Of a DNA stretch of 64,000 bases, positions 12,476 through 25,329 are shown piece by piece (position 1 is the first letter of the stretch; the number at the start of each line of letters is the position of its first letter). The notes under the pieces are model-generated. The model did not search any database and was not told the DNA's origin. It worked only from the letters and a program-made list of their open reading frames with translations. Source of the stretch: Narcine bancroftii (taxonomy: Eukaryota); assembly GCF_036971445.1 (NCBI RefSeq), contig NC_091469.1, positions 159,340,001 through 159,404,000 of the forward strand. Reading direction: 5' to 3'. The translations under genes were made by a program, and so were the position numbers.

Positions 12476-15400
12476 AGAAAAAGGAACAGAAGCAGGCCAT
12501 TTGGCCCCTCGAGTCTGCTCCATGAAACCTCCCTGAGCTAAACTGTTTTGGTACATAGTCCCAAGTTCCAGCCTTGTCCCCATATCCCATGATACCCTGA
12601 CTAATTAGATCCCTATCAATTTTCCCTTTAAATACCCCCAATGATCCGGCCTCCATGTGGCAACAAATTCCACAAATCCACAACTCTCTGGTTAAATTAA
12701 TTTCTCCTCATATCTGTTCTAAATTGGTACTTTCTAATTCTAAGACTGTACCCTCTTGTCCTGGAATCACCCAACAGGGGAAACATCTTATTTACATCCA
12801 CTCTGTCTAATCCATTATTATTTGAAATATTTCTGTGAGATCCCCTCTCATTCTTCTATATTCTAATGAATAGAATCCAAGAGCCACTAAGTGTTTCTCA
12901 TATGTTATCCTCCTCATTCCCGGAATCATTCTGGTAAACCTCCTCTGTACCCTCTCCAACCTTGCTATATCCTTTCTAAGATATGGGGCCCAAAACTGCA
13001 CAGTCTCCAAATGAGGTCACACCAGTGCCCCATCGAGCTTCATCACACCTCTTTATTATGCACAATGCCCTTTGAAATGAATGCCAACATAGCATTTGCC
13101 TTCTGTACCGCCGATCCAACCTGGCGGTCAATATTCAGGGTATCCTGCACGAGGACCCCCAAGTCCCTTTGTACTTCTGAGGTTTGAATTTTCTCCCCAT
13201 CCAAATAATAATCTGACTGTTTATTTCCTTGAACAAAATGCACAAGTGTACATTTCTCAACATTATATCACATCTGCCATTTCTTCGCCCATTCTCTTAA
13301 GCTGTCCAAGTCTCTCTGCAAGCTTTCGATTTCTTCTACATTTCATACTCTACCACTTGGTCTCATCTGTAAACTTTACCACAAAACCATTTAATCCTCA
13401 GTCTAAATCATCAATATACATTGTCAAAAGAAGCAGTCCCAACACTGACCTTTACTGAACTCCACTAGTAACAGGCAACCAACCAGCACAGAATCCCATT
13501 ATTCCCACCCTTTGCTTCCTGCCTATCAGCCAATGCTCCACCCAATCTATTATTTATCCGGTAATTCCATGGACTCTCATCTTACTAAGCAGCCTCTTAT
13601 GTGGCACCTTTTCGAAGGCCTTTTGAAAATCCAAATACACAACTTCTACATCCTCTCTGTCCATCCTCCTTGAGATTTCCACAAAATATTCCATTGGGTT
13701 GGTCAGGCAAGATTGTCCCTTCATGAAACCATGCTGGCTTGGACCTACCCTGCCATGCACCTCAAAGTATTCCATAACTTCGTCCTTGAGGATCGATTCC
13801 AATATCTTTCCAACTGCTGAAGTCAGACTAATAGGCCTAGAATTTCTTTTTTTCTGCCTCCCTCCTTTCTTCAACAGCGGAACTAATTTGTGACCTTCCA
13901 GTCCTCGGGATCCATGCCGAGTCGATTGATTTCTGGAAAATCAATTCCAATGCCTCGACAATCTCCAAGGCCATGGATGCACCTCATCCGGTCCCGGAGA
14001 CTAATCTACCTTTAGACGATTCATCTTACGAGGCACCATCTCTCTTGTAACCCTGACTGTACTAAATTCTATTCCTGGAGACCTTTGAATATCAAGTATA
14101 TTGCTACTGTCCTCCACAGTGAAGACTGGTGGAAAATATCCATTTAGATCCTCTGCCATCTCCTTACCACCCTTAATAATTTCTCCAGCTTCATTTTCAA
14201 TCGTCCCGATATCTACCCTTGTCTCTCTTTTACTTTTTGTATATTTGAAGGAACTCTTAGTATCCTTTAGTATGTTATTTGCCAATTTCCTTTCAGAATT
14301 CATCTGTTCTATCCTCGTGGCTTGCTTTGTCTCTCTCTGTACATTTTAAAAAATTTGCCATCAAACCTCAGTGATGGCCATAATGTCAGACCTTTCGCTT
14401 TGCATCTGCACAACTAGGCCGTCTACCTTATTCCTAATGCTCCATGCTGAAGAAGATTGAAAAGAGGATTGGTGCGAGAACACAGCCTTGCTTCACGCCA
14501 TTGTTAATGGAGAAGGGTTCAGAGAGCTCGTTGCTGTATCTGACCCGACCTTGTTGGTTTTTGTGCAGTTGGATAACCATGTTGAGGAACTTTGGGAGGC
14601 ATCCGAGGCGCTCTAGTATTTGCCAAATCCCTTTCCTGCTCACGGTGTCGAAGACTTTGGTGAGGTCAACAAAGGTGACGTAGAGTCCTTTGTTTTGTTC
14701 TCTGCACTTTTCTTGGAGCTGTCTGAGGGCAAAGACCATGTCAGTAGTTCCCTCTGTTTGCACGAAAGCCACACTGTGATTCTGGGAGAACATTCTCGGC
14801 GAGACTAGGTATTATTCTATTTAGGAGAATCCTAGCGAAGATTTTGCCTGCAATGGAGAGCAGCGTGATTCCCCTGTAGTTTGAGCAGTCTGATTTCTCG
14901 CCTTTGTTTTTGTACAGGGTGATGATGATGGCATCACGAAGGTCCTGAGGCAGTTTTCCTTGGTCCCAACAAAGCTTGAAAAACTCATGCAGTTTGGCAT
15001 GCAGAGTTTTGCCGCCAGCCTTCCAGACCTCTGGGGGGGATTCCATCCATACCTGCTGCTTTGCCACTTTTCAGTTGTTCAATTGCCTTATATGTCTCTT
15101 CCCGGGTGAGGACCTCATCCAGCTCTAGCCTTAAGGGCTGTTGAGGGAACTGGAGCAGGGCGGATTCTTGGACTGAACGGTTGGCACTGAAAAGTGATTG
15201 GAAGTATTCTGACCATCGGTTGAGGATGGAGATCTTGTCGCTGAGGAGGACTTTGCCGTCTGAGCTGTGCAGTGGGCTTTGGACTTGGGGTGAGGGGCTG
15301 TACACAGCCTTTAGAGCCTCGTAAAAACCCCTGAAGTTACCAATGTCCGCGCTGAGCTGGGTTCGTTTGGCGAGGCTAGTCCACTACTCATTCTGGATCT

Positions 15401-17775
15401 CCCGGAATTTGCACTGAAGATGGCTGCATGCGCGACGGAAGGCTCGTTTTTTCTCTGGCCAGGACGGCTTTGCAAGGTGAGCCTGGTGGGCAGATTGCTT
15501 CTTTGCCAGCAGCTCCTGGATTTCCTGGTTGTTTTTGTCGAACCAGTCCTTGTTTTTCCTGGAGGAGAAGTCCAGTTCCTCTTCAGTGGATTGCAGTATG
15601 ATACTGAAACAAGCCACGAAAGACCTCAACAATGAAGACGCTGTTTACATCCAGTACCGCATGGATGGCAGTCTCTTCAATCTGAGGTGCCTGCAAGCTC
15701 ACACCAAGACACAAGAGCAACTTGTCCGTGAACTACTCTTTGCAGACGATGCCGCTTTAGTTGCCCATTCAGAGCCAGCTCTTCAGCACTTGACGTCCTG
15801 TTTTGCGGAAACTGCCAAAATGTTTGGCCTGGAAGTCAGTCTGAAGAAAACTGAGGTCCTCCATCAGCCAGCTCCCCACCATGACTACCAGCCCCCCTAC
15901 ATCTCCATCAGGCCCACAAAACTCAAGACGGTCAACCAGTTTACCTATCTTGGCTGCACCATTTCATCGGATGCAAGGATCGACAACGAGATAGACAACA
16001 GACTCGCCAAGGCAAATAGTGCCTTTGGAAGACTACACAAAAGAGTCTGGAAAAACAACCAACTGAAAAACCTCAAAAAGATTAGCGTATACAGAGCCGT
16101 TGTCATACCCACACTCCTGTTCAGCTCCGAATCATGTGTCCTCTACCGGCATCACCTACGGCTCCTAGAACGCTTCCACCAGCGTTGTCTCTGCTCCATC
16201 CTCAACATTCCTTGGAGTGACTTCATCACCAACATCGAAGTACTCGAGATGGCAGAGGCCGACAGCGTCGAATCCACGCTGCTGAAGATCCAACTGCGCT
16301 GGGTAGGTCACGTCTCCAGAATGGAGGACCATCGCCTTCCCAACATCGTGTTATATGGTGAGCTCTCCACTGGCCACCGAGACAGAGGTGCACCAAAGAA
16401 GAGATACAAGGACTGCCTAAAGAAATCTCTTGGTGCCTGCCACATTGACCACCGCCAATGGGCTGATATCGCCTCAAACTGTGCATCTTGGTGCCTCACA
16501 GTTCGGCGGACAGCAACCTCCTTTGAAGAAGACTGCAGAGCCCACCTCACTGACAAAAGACAAAGGAGGAAAAACCCAACACCCAACCCCAACCAACCAA
16601 TTTTCCCTTGCAACCGCTGCAACCGTGTCTGCCTGTCCTGCATCGGACTTGTCAGCCACAAATGAGCCTGCAGCTGACGTGGACATTACCCCTCCATTAA
16701 TCTCATCCGTGAAGCCAAGCCAAAGAATGCTCCATGCATTTAAGTCCAATCCCCTTAGACCGGGATCTGATTTCTCTGTTGTTCCATTGTTCACCAAATT
16801 ATCTTGCCTTTCCCTTTGTTTTTTTTTTGCTGCAATCAATTTCCAATTTCACTTTGTCTACCATTACACCCTGGTTTCTTTCTACCCTAATCTCAGCACT
16901 AAGATTCAGATCCCTCCCCATCCCCCGCCAAACTCATTTAAGCCCTCCCCAACAGCTCTAGCAAACCCATCTTCCAGGATGTTTGTCCCCCTCCAGTTCA
17001 GGTGCAGCTCATCTTGTTTGTAGAGGTCAGACCTTCCCCAGAAGAGATTCTGATGATCTACAAATCTGAACTCCTACCCCCTACACTAACTCTTGAGCCA
17101 CACATTCATCTACCACATCCTCCTATTTCTACCCTCTCTAGCACATGGCTCTGACAGCATCCCTAAGATCACCACCCTTGACGTCTTATTTCTTAACTTC
17201 CTACTTAACTCCCTGTATTCTCTTTTTAAAACCTCATCTCTACTCCTCTCTATGTCATTAGTCCCCACATGGACCACAATGTCTGTCTGCTCCCCTCCCC
17301 CCCCCCTCAGAATACTGTGAACTCGATTAGAGACCATGACCCTGGCACCTGGGAGGCAACACACCAGTTGGGACCCTCGAACTCATCCACAGAAACCCCT
17401 ATCCACACACCCAATCAAAGACACCCCAATCGCTATCACACTTCTCTTTTTCCCCTTACCATCCCAGCCAGGGGTCCTGCCTCTGGACCGGAGACATCAC
17501 CACCTTAACTCATCCCTGGACACTCATCTCCGTCAACTGTATCCAAAAGGCTCTACCTGTTATTGACTCGAAAGACCACAGGGGAATCCTGCACTGTCTG
17601 AGTCTTTCCCTTCCTTCTCCTGACAGTTGCCCATCTACTTGCTTCCTGAAATTTCAGGGTGACTGCCTCCCCAACACTCCTATCTGCAACAACCTCTGCC
17701 TCTCCCAAGATCCACACTTCATCCACCTCTAGCTCCAGTTCCCTACCTTGGGTTGTGAGGAGTTGGAGCTGAATG
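12476..17775 (-). mobile_element. Degraded CR1 LINE (ORF1 esterase, start of endonuclease, RT, 3' end) hosting an RTE insertion
   Basis: Motifs CCLPGARV..VVHVGTNDI, LNAWSI|RNKVD (split by the RTE), RPISLTS, YLDFQKAF and ERVQRRFTRMIPG. Confidence 0.88.
14448..16725 (+). mobile_element. RTE LINE with an inverted 5' segment (14448-~15593 minus; ~15594-16725 plus)
   Basis: The minus segment ends ...ILFSIFFSM at the left boundary and the plus segment starts SMILKQA... 12-bp TSD AATGCTCCATGC at 14436-14447 and 16726-16737. Confidence 0.92.
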
Positions 17776-18072
17776 CATCGCCTGCAGGTGTAGTTATCAG
17801 TTTTGAACTGTTTGTGACCTTTCTAAAACCCCACAATTGATCTCCTCCAAAAACACATCTATGCACAATATAATAGAATACAGTCTGTCTGTGTGTTGGG
17901 TCTTCTTGTATATCTGTTTGCTTTGCTCCGAGGACAGGAGAACGCTGTTTCGTCAGGTTGTTCTTGTACAATCAGAACACAATAAACTTGAGTGGGATGA
18001 AGTGTGGCTGTTGGAAAGACAAATCTGGTTGATTCCGATCGCTAAAGCTTCAGGATTGTTTCTTGCACTTAC

Positions 18073-18150
18073 CAACAATCAAGACGTGAACCATCTTGGC
18101 ATCTTTCTTAAGGCAGTCAATAATTGCTGATCTATCAAAGGGTTCAATTT
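18073..18150 (-). other. Candidate orphan 78-nt exon
   Basis: Minus-strand acceptor TTTTATTTTGCAG and donor G|GTAAGTG in non-repetitive DNA. The phase-1 frame is open (IEPFDRSAIIDCLKKDAKMVHVLIV). Confidence 0.35.
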
Positions 18151-18664
18151 CTGCAAAATAAAAATGGCACTTTCCCAGCACGCTCTCTTCGTGGCTGTTT
18201 GGTTTCACAATTCAACACTTACTTGCTTTTGAGGAAGTAGAGAAAGAGGAAGGAGCTCAAAATATATTTCAGTGGATGTCATGGGGACCATGTGGGTAGA
18301 ATGAACTCAGTTATGTCTATGGCAGAATCAGAATTTATTGCCTTGGACGTGTCATGAAATTTGTTGTTTTGTGGCTGCGACACAGTGCAAACATTGCTAT
18401 AAAAATACCTTTGAAAATAAATAAATTAATGTGAAAAAGGCAAGAAAGTGAGGCTGTGTCTGTGGTTTATTGTCCTTTCAGAAATCTGACGGCAGAGGGG
18501 AAGAAGCTGCCCTTGACCATAATATCCAGCACCCCACAGCTTCCGTGGATTCCTCCCATCGAGCGACCAGCACTTCCTTCAGCCAGAGATTTCTAGAGAT
18601 GCAACATGACCTCTTGGCCTTTGAACTCAATCCGCCCAATAATGAAGCCCAGCGTCTCATAGGC

Positions 18665-18811
18665 TAGTGGTTCTCAGCCTCACATCCCATCTTCAGTCAT
18701 CCCTTACGAACCACAGAGCACTGGATGTCATCCTATGGCACTGACACCCCATGGTTCATAAGGGACTACTGAAAGTGGGATGTGAGCAGGAAAAAAGTTG
18801 GAGAAGCCCTG
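18665..18811. mobile_element. Short palindromic hAT (Charlie/MER5-like) MITE
   Basis: TAGTGGTTCTCA...GAGAAGCCCTG termini with an internal inverted repeat. Resembles 58142-58510. Confidence 0.6.
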
Positions 18812-18959
18812 CCATGGACCTTCTTAACTCTCCCATCATCCTGCGTGGAAACTTTTCTTTGAATATTTATGATTTTCCCAATTTAAACTCAAATACTTCT
18901 CAACATGATCAGTGTCCGTTATAACAGATACCTTTATTATTTGAAGATTCATAACTACT

Positions 18960-19845
18960 ATGTTTAATGAATTGCAAGAAATAAAGGAAAAGAAGGATTT
19001 GTATAAAACTAAATTGAAGTAGGAACAAGATTTAAATATACAAATTCAAGAAGAATATGGATGAAACTGTGTCGAGATAGTGGAACTAATACAATCAATG
19101 CTCGATATCAAATGGTTCAATATTATTTTTTGCTTCATATGTATTATACACCCTATCAGTTAAATAAATTTAATTTGAATTTCTCTGCTCAGTGTTTTCG
19201 ATGTAAAAAAGAGGTTGGTAATTTTTTTGTATTCATTGTGGTCGTGTGAAAAGGTAAAAGATTTTTGGAGAGAAATATGTGTTATTGAAAAGAAGATATT
19301 AACACTGAAGGTTAAATTAGGTCCAAGAATTTTGTTTTTGTTGGGCAATATATATGATGAAGATATTAAGTTGGAATTAGATAAATATAACAAGAGATTT
19401 TTGAGTCTATCAACGGCCACAGCGAGAAAGTGTGTGGCTAAAATGTGGAAATTGGGAAACAATGTTAAAATAGAAGAATGGTTTAATGAAAGAAAATATT
19501 GTCTCCCATTAGAAAAACCTACTGAGAGAAGATTTTGATGAATTTTGTCAGATATGGGGGCCTTATGTGAGATTTATGAATATAGACTGATCCAGACCTT
19601 CTAATCCAATCCCCCCTGAAAATATGGTATTTGCATCCAGAAATATTATGGTGTTATTAATGTGGATTTAATTATTACGATGGATGTATTTTTTCTTTTT
19701 TATATCTTTTTTTCTATTCTGCAGGGGTTAGACATGGTGGGGGGGGAGGGCGAAGATTGAAAATTATTTAATATCTATTTGTAATGTTATCACAAGTCAA
19801 TTAGTAATGTATGAAGACAATAATAAATAACATTTTCAACAAAAA
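18960..19845 (+). mobile_element. Old L1 3' fragment (ORF2 C-terminal Cys-rich region and 3' UTR)
   Basis: Motifs CFRCKKEVG, LWSCEKVKDFW and LPLEK, followed by AATAAA. Confidence 0.75.
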
Positions 19846-19944
19846 TACATGTTCAATGTCCGAGCATTAACCCTGTACTCACCCTTCAGGTTTGACCTTC
19901 CAAAATGCACCACCTCACACTTATCCGGATTGAACTAGATCTGT

Positions 19945-20830
19945 AAAGGGCAAAGTATATGAAGAGTATTTGGATAACCATGGACTAATTATGGATCTTC
20001 AACATGGCTTTGAGCATGGTATGTCACATTTAACCAATCTTACACAGATTTTCAAGGATGTTACTTGGAAGGTTGTAGATGTTGTCTACATGGACTTTAG
20101 TAAGGCCTTTGACAAGCTCCTGCATGGGAGGTTAGTCAGGAAGGTACAGGCAGTCGGTATTCATGGTGAGGTCGTGAACTGGATTTGACAGTGGCTGGAC
20201 GGGAGAAGACAGAGAGTGATGGTGGTTGATTGCCTTTCTGATTGAAGGCCTGTGACCAGAGATGTGCCTCAGGGAATCATTGTTTGTCATCTATAGCAAT
20301 GATCCAGATGGCAATATTGCAAACTGGATCAGCAGGCCCAAAGATCGGAGGTGTAGCACACAGAAAAGAGGGCATTCAAAGCTTGCAGAGGGAACTAGAC
20401 CAGCTGGAAAAATGAGCTGGAATTTAACGCAGACAAGTTTGAGGTGTTGCATTTTGGAAAGATAAAGCAGGGTAGGACATACACGGTAAATGGTCGGGCA
20501 CTGAGGAGTGCAGTAGAACAGAGGAACCTGGGAATACAGATACATAATTCCCTGAAAGTGGACAGGGTGGTAAAGAGAGCTTTTGGCCCAATGGCCTTCA
20601 TAAATCTAAGTATTGCGTATAGGAAGAAGTTCGGATGTTTTGGTAAAGTTGTTTAAGACACGGGGGAGGCCAATTTTGGAGCATTGTGTGTAGTTCTGGC
20701 CACCGAACTACAGGAAAGTTATGAATAAGATAGAAAGAGTGCAAAGAAGATTTACACAAATGTTGCCGGATTTCAGGAACTGAGTTACAGGGAAAGGTTA
20801 AACAGGTTTGGACTTTATTCCCTGGAGTGT
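19945..20830 (+). mobile_element. Degraded CR1 RT fragment
   Basis: Motifs VYMDFSKAFDK and LHFGK. Confidence 0.8.
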
Positions 20831-21885
20831 TAATGAATAAGTGGGGTGGGGGGGGGGGGTGGTAAATAAATAACAAACAGACTGGGCCTTCAAATTAATT
20901 AATTAAATAAATCTATATCTACAAACACCAATGACTGCTTACGGATAACCAGCGACTCTCGTGGCTAAAGGCTCCTCACCAAGTGAACAGCAGGGTAAGC
21001 TGGCCTTCCCTTTATAAATTCTCCTGCCTGCCCAACATCACGCACCTGCACATGAGTCCCCTGGCGAACTTTCATAATCACCCTGGGATAATAAATAAAG
21101 AAACAAACAGACAGACCCTTCAAATTAATTAAATAAATAAATCACTATCTACAAACACCCATGACTGCTCACGGATAACCAGCGACTCTCATGGCTGAAG
21201 GTCCCTCACCAAGGGACAGGGAAGTGGGTTCCCTTATTTCAGAAGCCACTTATTCTGTGTCCCCTTTGTCCAGGAATAACACACAACACGATCTTTTCTG
21301 ATCACTGTATCTTCAATCCTGAAACTGGCCTCTTTTGTCAAAGAGACAGTGAAGTGACTCTTCTTCATGGCCACTGATTGGGGCTATCTCCTATGATAAG
21401 GATAATACAACCCAGAACAGCATTGCTCTCTCTCGATAGAGGTGACTGTCTTTCAGTCCTGCCTTTTCCAGGATGCTCAACTTCCTTCTGGTTTCAAAAT
21501 GCCTCTCCTTACAGTGATATGTTTCTCCGAAAATTCTCACCACCTGCCACATGACATCATTTCTGTTTCATTTTTCCAAAAGCATGAACCATGCAGGGCA
21601 GATTGCCTTTTGAACTTATTTCCAAAGTTAATTCATATTTATATGTTGAAAGAATTTCTGTCCACTTATAAGTGAATGTGACTTCAGATGGTCTGTTAAA
21701 AGTCCTGCTCTTTTGTCCAACTGCCAGTAGAATGCTGTGTGTACACACAAATGCTTTTAAGCCAACACCCATTGTTTGTGAGTTTCAATTAAGAATCAAT
21801 TTCAGCTTTATGGCTAATATGACCAGCCCAGAAGACCCCAAAACCCAGCAACAAATCTTTCCACATTCTGGCCCAGGCTTAGGGT

Positions 21886-22076
21886 TGGCGCATGCTGGAG
21901 AGTTAATCACTCTGACGATATTTAAATCACATCCTTAATTCTCCCGCATGCGCCAACCGAACTCCGATACGTGAACCCCACAGCACATGCACTTTCTAAA
22001 GACTCGCATATTCGCACTGGAATCAAGATGGCGGTGCCCAACCCCAGTACCTGGAATGCTGACTAACAAGGTAAGT
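21886..22076 (+). promoter_or_regulatory. Putative CpG promoter / non-coding first exon
   Basis: NRF1-like GCGCATGC / GCATGCGC pair, YY1 consensus CAAGATGGCGG (22024-22034) and donor AAG|GTAAGT (22071-22076). Motif evidence only. Confidence 0.35.
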
Positions 22077-23011
22077 ACGCACATCTTGGTTCTTAAGTGC
22101 CCTGTATCCCTGTTATAGTTTGTGAAATACAACATAAACCATGTAAATGTTATGTTTTTTTAAAGTGGATACATATTAAAAAATTTACACGTTTGTGGGG
22201 AGAGTTGTGAGTCGGGGACTATCTGTCCTGTGTACAGTTTTGGGAACTTATTTGAGAAAGGACATGCTGGCACTGGAGAGGGTTCAGACCAGATTTACTA
22301 GAATGATACCAGGAATGAAAGGGTTAGCAAATGAGGAGCGTTTGTCAGCTCTTGGACGGCACTCGTTGAAGTACAGAAGGAGGAGCGGGAATTCATAGAC
22401 ATCTTGAATGCGCAAAGGCCTGAACAGAGTAGATGTGCAAAGAGTGTTTCCCATCTTCGGGCGTCCAAGACAAGAGGCCACAACTTCAGGATAAAAGGGC
22501 GACAATTTAAAACTGAGATGCGGAGAAATGTCTTTAGACAGAGGGTCACGAGTCTGTGGAAATTGTTGCCACAGGCAGCTGTGGAAGTGAGGTCGTTGGG
22601 TGTATTTAAAGTGATTATTCAGGGCATCAAGGGTTACGGGGAGAAGGCCAGGGAGTGGGGCTGAGTGATAAGGATCAGCTCATGATTAAATGGCAGAGCA
22701 GCCCCGAGGGGCCGATTGGCCTACTTCTGCTCTTATAGCTTGTGTGACAAATGTCAATTGCTGCAACAACATGGCCTTTTGTTCCTTCTGGGGGTTCGGG
22801 CTTCGATGTTCCAAGTGCTATCTCAGCTTGTTCCTGGCAGACCCTCTCTCTCTTCTGACTTCCTCTTAAAACAGTTTCACAGCTTAAATTAGCTTCCACA
22901 TCCTGTGTGTTTCTAAATGCAATTCTGCTTTTAAACATAATTGGGTGCATTTAAGGCAGAGATGGACAGGTTCTTGATTCGCCCGGGCATTAAAGGTTAT
23001 GGGGATAAGGA

Positions 23012-23440
23012 CGGGCAGAGCGGAGAAAGTCGGGCAGTGGGGAGAAGGCTGGGCAGTGGGGAGAAGGCTGGGCAGTGGGGAGAAGGCTGGGCAGTGGGGA
23101 GAAGGTCAGGCAGTGGGGAGAAGGCTGGGCAGTGGGGAGAAGGTCAGGCAGTGGGGAGAAGGCCGGGCAGTGGGGAGAGGGCAGTGGGGAGAAGGTCAGG
23201 CAGTGGGGAGAAGGCCGGGCAGTGGGGAGAAGGCAGTGGGGAGAAGGTCGGGCAGTGGGGAGAAAGTCGGGCAGTGGAGAGAAGGCTGGGCAGTGGGGAG
23301 AAGGCAGTGGGGAGAAGGTCAGGCAGTGGGGAGAAGGCTGGGCAGTGGGGAGAAGGTCAGGCAGTGGGGAGAAGGCCGGGCAGTGGGGAGAAGGCAGTGG
23401 GGAGAAGGCCGTGGGATTGGGAGAAGACCGAGCAGTGGGG
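23012..23440 (+). repeat. G-rich minisatellite, ~19-bp unit GGGCAGTGGGGAGAAGGCT with 14-bp variants
   Basis: Direct tandem repetition. It explains the repetitive ORFs at 22941-23536. Confidence 0.95.
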
Positions 23441-23639
23441 CTTAGTGGGAGAATGGATCAGCTCATGATTGAATGGTGGGGCAGAATTGATGGGCTGAAT
23501 TTCTCTATTACATCTTATTCATTGGACTATGGATGAGATGACCAACTTGCCTGCCCGTAAAAGAACCTCTCTCACTGCATCTCAGTACAGGTGAGAATAA
23601 ACCTGAACTTTGGTGCATTCCTTGCCAGGAGCTTTGTTT

Positions 23640-24545
23640 GCAGGTCATGGAATGATGGGCTTTCTGGCCAAGTTTGCAGATGATACAAAGGTCGGTGGAG
23701 GAGCTGGCAGTGTTGGGGAAGCAGGGAGGCTGCAGAAGGACTGGGACAGAGGAGAATGGGCAGAGATGTCAGAAAGTGCCCAGTCATGAAAAAATAAATG
23801 AGCAGACTATTGTATAAATGGGGAAAAAATGGAAGATACTCAAATGCAGAGAGACTGGGAGTCCTCGTGCAGTATCATCTGAAGGTGAACTTGCAGGTTG
23901 AGGCGTTGGTGAAGAAGGCCAATGCGATGCTGGCATTCATTTCAAGAGGAATCAAATACAAGAGCAGGGATGTGATGTTGAGGTTTATAAGGCCCTGAAG
24001 AGACCTCACTTGGAGAATTGTGAGCAGTTTTAGGCTCCTCATTTAAGAACGGAGGTGCTGACATTGTAGAGAATTCAGGGGAGGTTCAGAAGGATGATTC
24101 CAGGAATGAAAGGGTTACAATTTGAGGAACGTTTGACAGTTCTTGGTCTGTACTCATTGGAATTACGAACAATGTGGGGGTGGGAGGGGGAGTCTCATTG
24201 AAACATTTCAAATGTTGAAAGGCATGGATAGAGTTGATGTAGAAAGGTTGTTTCCCACAGTGGGAGAGTCTAGGACAAGAGGGCACAACTTCAGGATTGA
24301 AGGGTGTCCGCTGAGAACAGAGACGCGTAAGAATTTCTTCAGCCAGAGGGTGATGAATCTGTGGAATTTATTGCCCCAGGTGGTTGGGGAGGCCAGGTCA
24401 TTGGGTGTATTTAAGGAAGAAATTGAATCGATCTTGATTAGCCAGGGCGTCAAAGGTTATGGGGAGATGGCGGGAAGTGGGGCTGAGTGGAAAAATGGAT
24501 CAGCTCATGATTAAATGGCCTATTTCTGCTCATCTCTTAAGATCA
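23640..24545 (+). mobile_element. Degraded CR1 3' fragment
   Basis: Motifs KFADDTK, KKANAMLAFISRG and RTRGHNFRI. Confidence 0.82.
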
Positions 24546-24604
24546 TATAAGTGACCTTATTCCTCAAAGTACCCCCTCACATTCATTTCATGGGTGGTTA
24601 GTAA

Positions 24605-24805
24605 TTTATTTATTTTTAATAGACATACACACAGTCACAGGCCATTTCGGCCCACGAGTCCATGCCACCTAATTTACACCCAATTACCCTTCACCCCTGG
24701 TACATTTTGAATGCTGGAAGGAAACTGGAGTCCCCGGTGAAAACCCAAGCAAACACGGGGAGAGCGTACAAATCCCTTGAATTGTGCTAATCTCTACCTC
24801 AACCA
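24605..24805 (-). mobile_element. V-SINE/HE1-like SINE; further copies at ~30870-31130(-), ~40650-40900(-), ~41585-41820(+) and 45310-45411 + 50034-50180(+)
   Basis: Core GGAGTTTGCAC.TTCTCCCCGTG..TGGGTTTTC and a CR1-like 3' tail shared among the copies. Confidence 0.7.
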
Positions 24806-24809
24806 TTTT

Positions 24810-25230
24810 TCTTGGTTCATCAACTTTTCCATGAAAGGCTGTTGAAGGAGACATCAGGAGGTAAAACAGTGGGAAAGTCGGGTGGAGATTTGACAGGTGG
24901 ATCCACTAAGGTGCACCGTTATGCATTTCTGGAAGTCGGATCATGGTCTGGTATGGGGGCACCAATACCTCTGAGCAGAAAACCCCACCAAAGATCGTGG
25001 ACCCAGCCCATCACAGGCCAAACCATCCCCACTCACTTCAAAATCTACAGGGAACGCTTCCGTCAGAGAGGAGCAGCAGTCATCGAGGGACCACACCACC
25101 CAGCACATGCTCTGTTCTCTCTGCTGCCATCAGGAAAGAGGTCTCAATGCCACAAGTCCTGCTCCACCAGGTTCAGGAACAGCTGCTCCCCCTCCACCAT
25201 CAGACTCCTCAACCACAAACTCAATCAGAG
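24810..25230 (+). mobile_element. Rex1/Babar LINE 3' fragment
   Basis: HPAHALFSLLPSGKR...TRFRNSCSPSTIRLLN. Confidence 0.8.
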
Positions 25231-25329
25231 GGAAAACACAAAAGTGCAGACACCGCAGTTGAAGTAAAATCCCGATGCTGGAGAAACTCAGCTGGTCAAA
25301 GAGTCTCCTTTCTATGGCAAAGATAAGTC

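Larger units (their letters stand above)
20954..23490. repeat. Right arm of the inverted segmental duplication
   Basis: Reverse complement of 30-2369. It lacks the solo LTR, carries an extra satellite, and continues to ~20863 as a second copy of a ~240-bp tandem unit. Confidence 0.93.

Noticed and set aside
22941-23536. G/W/R-rich ORFs in three frames
   Set aside because: Translations of the G-rich minisatellite.
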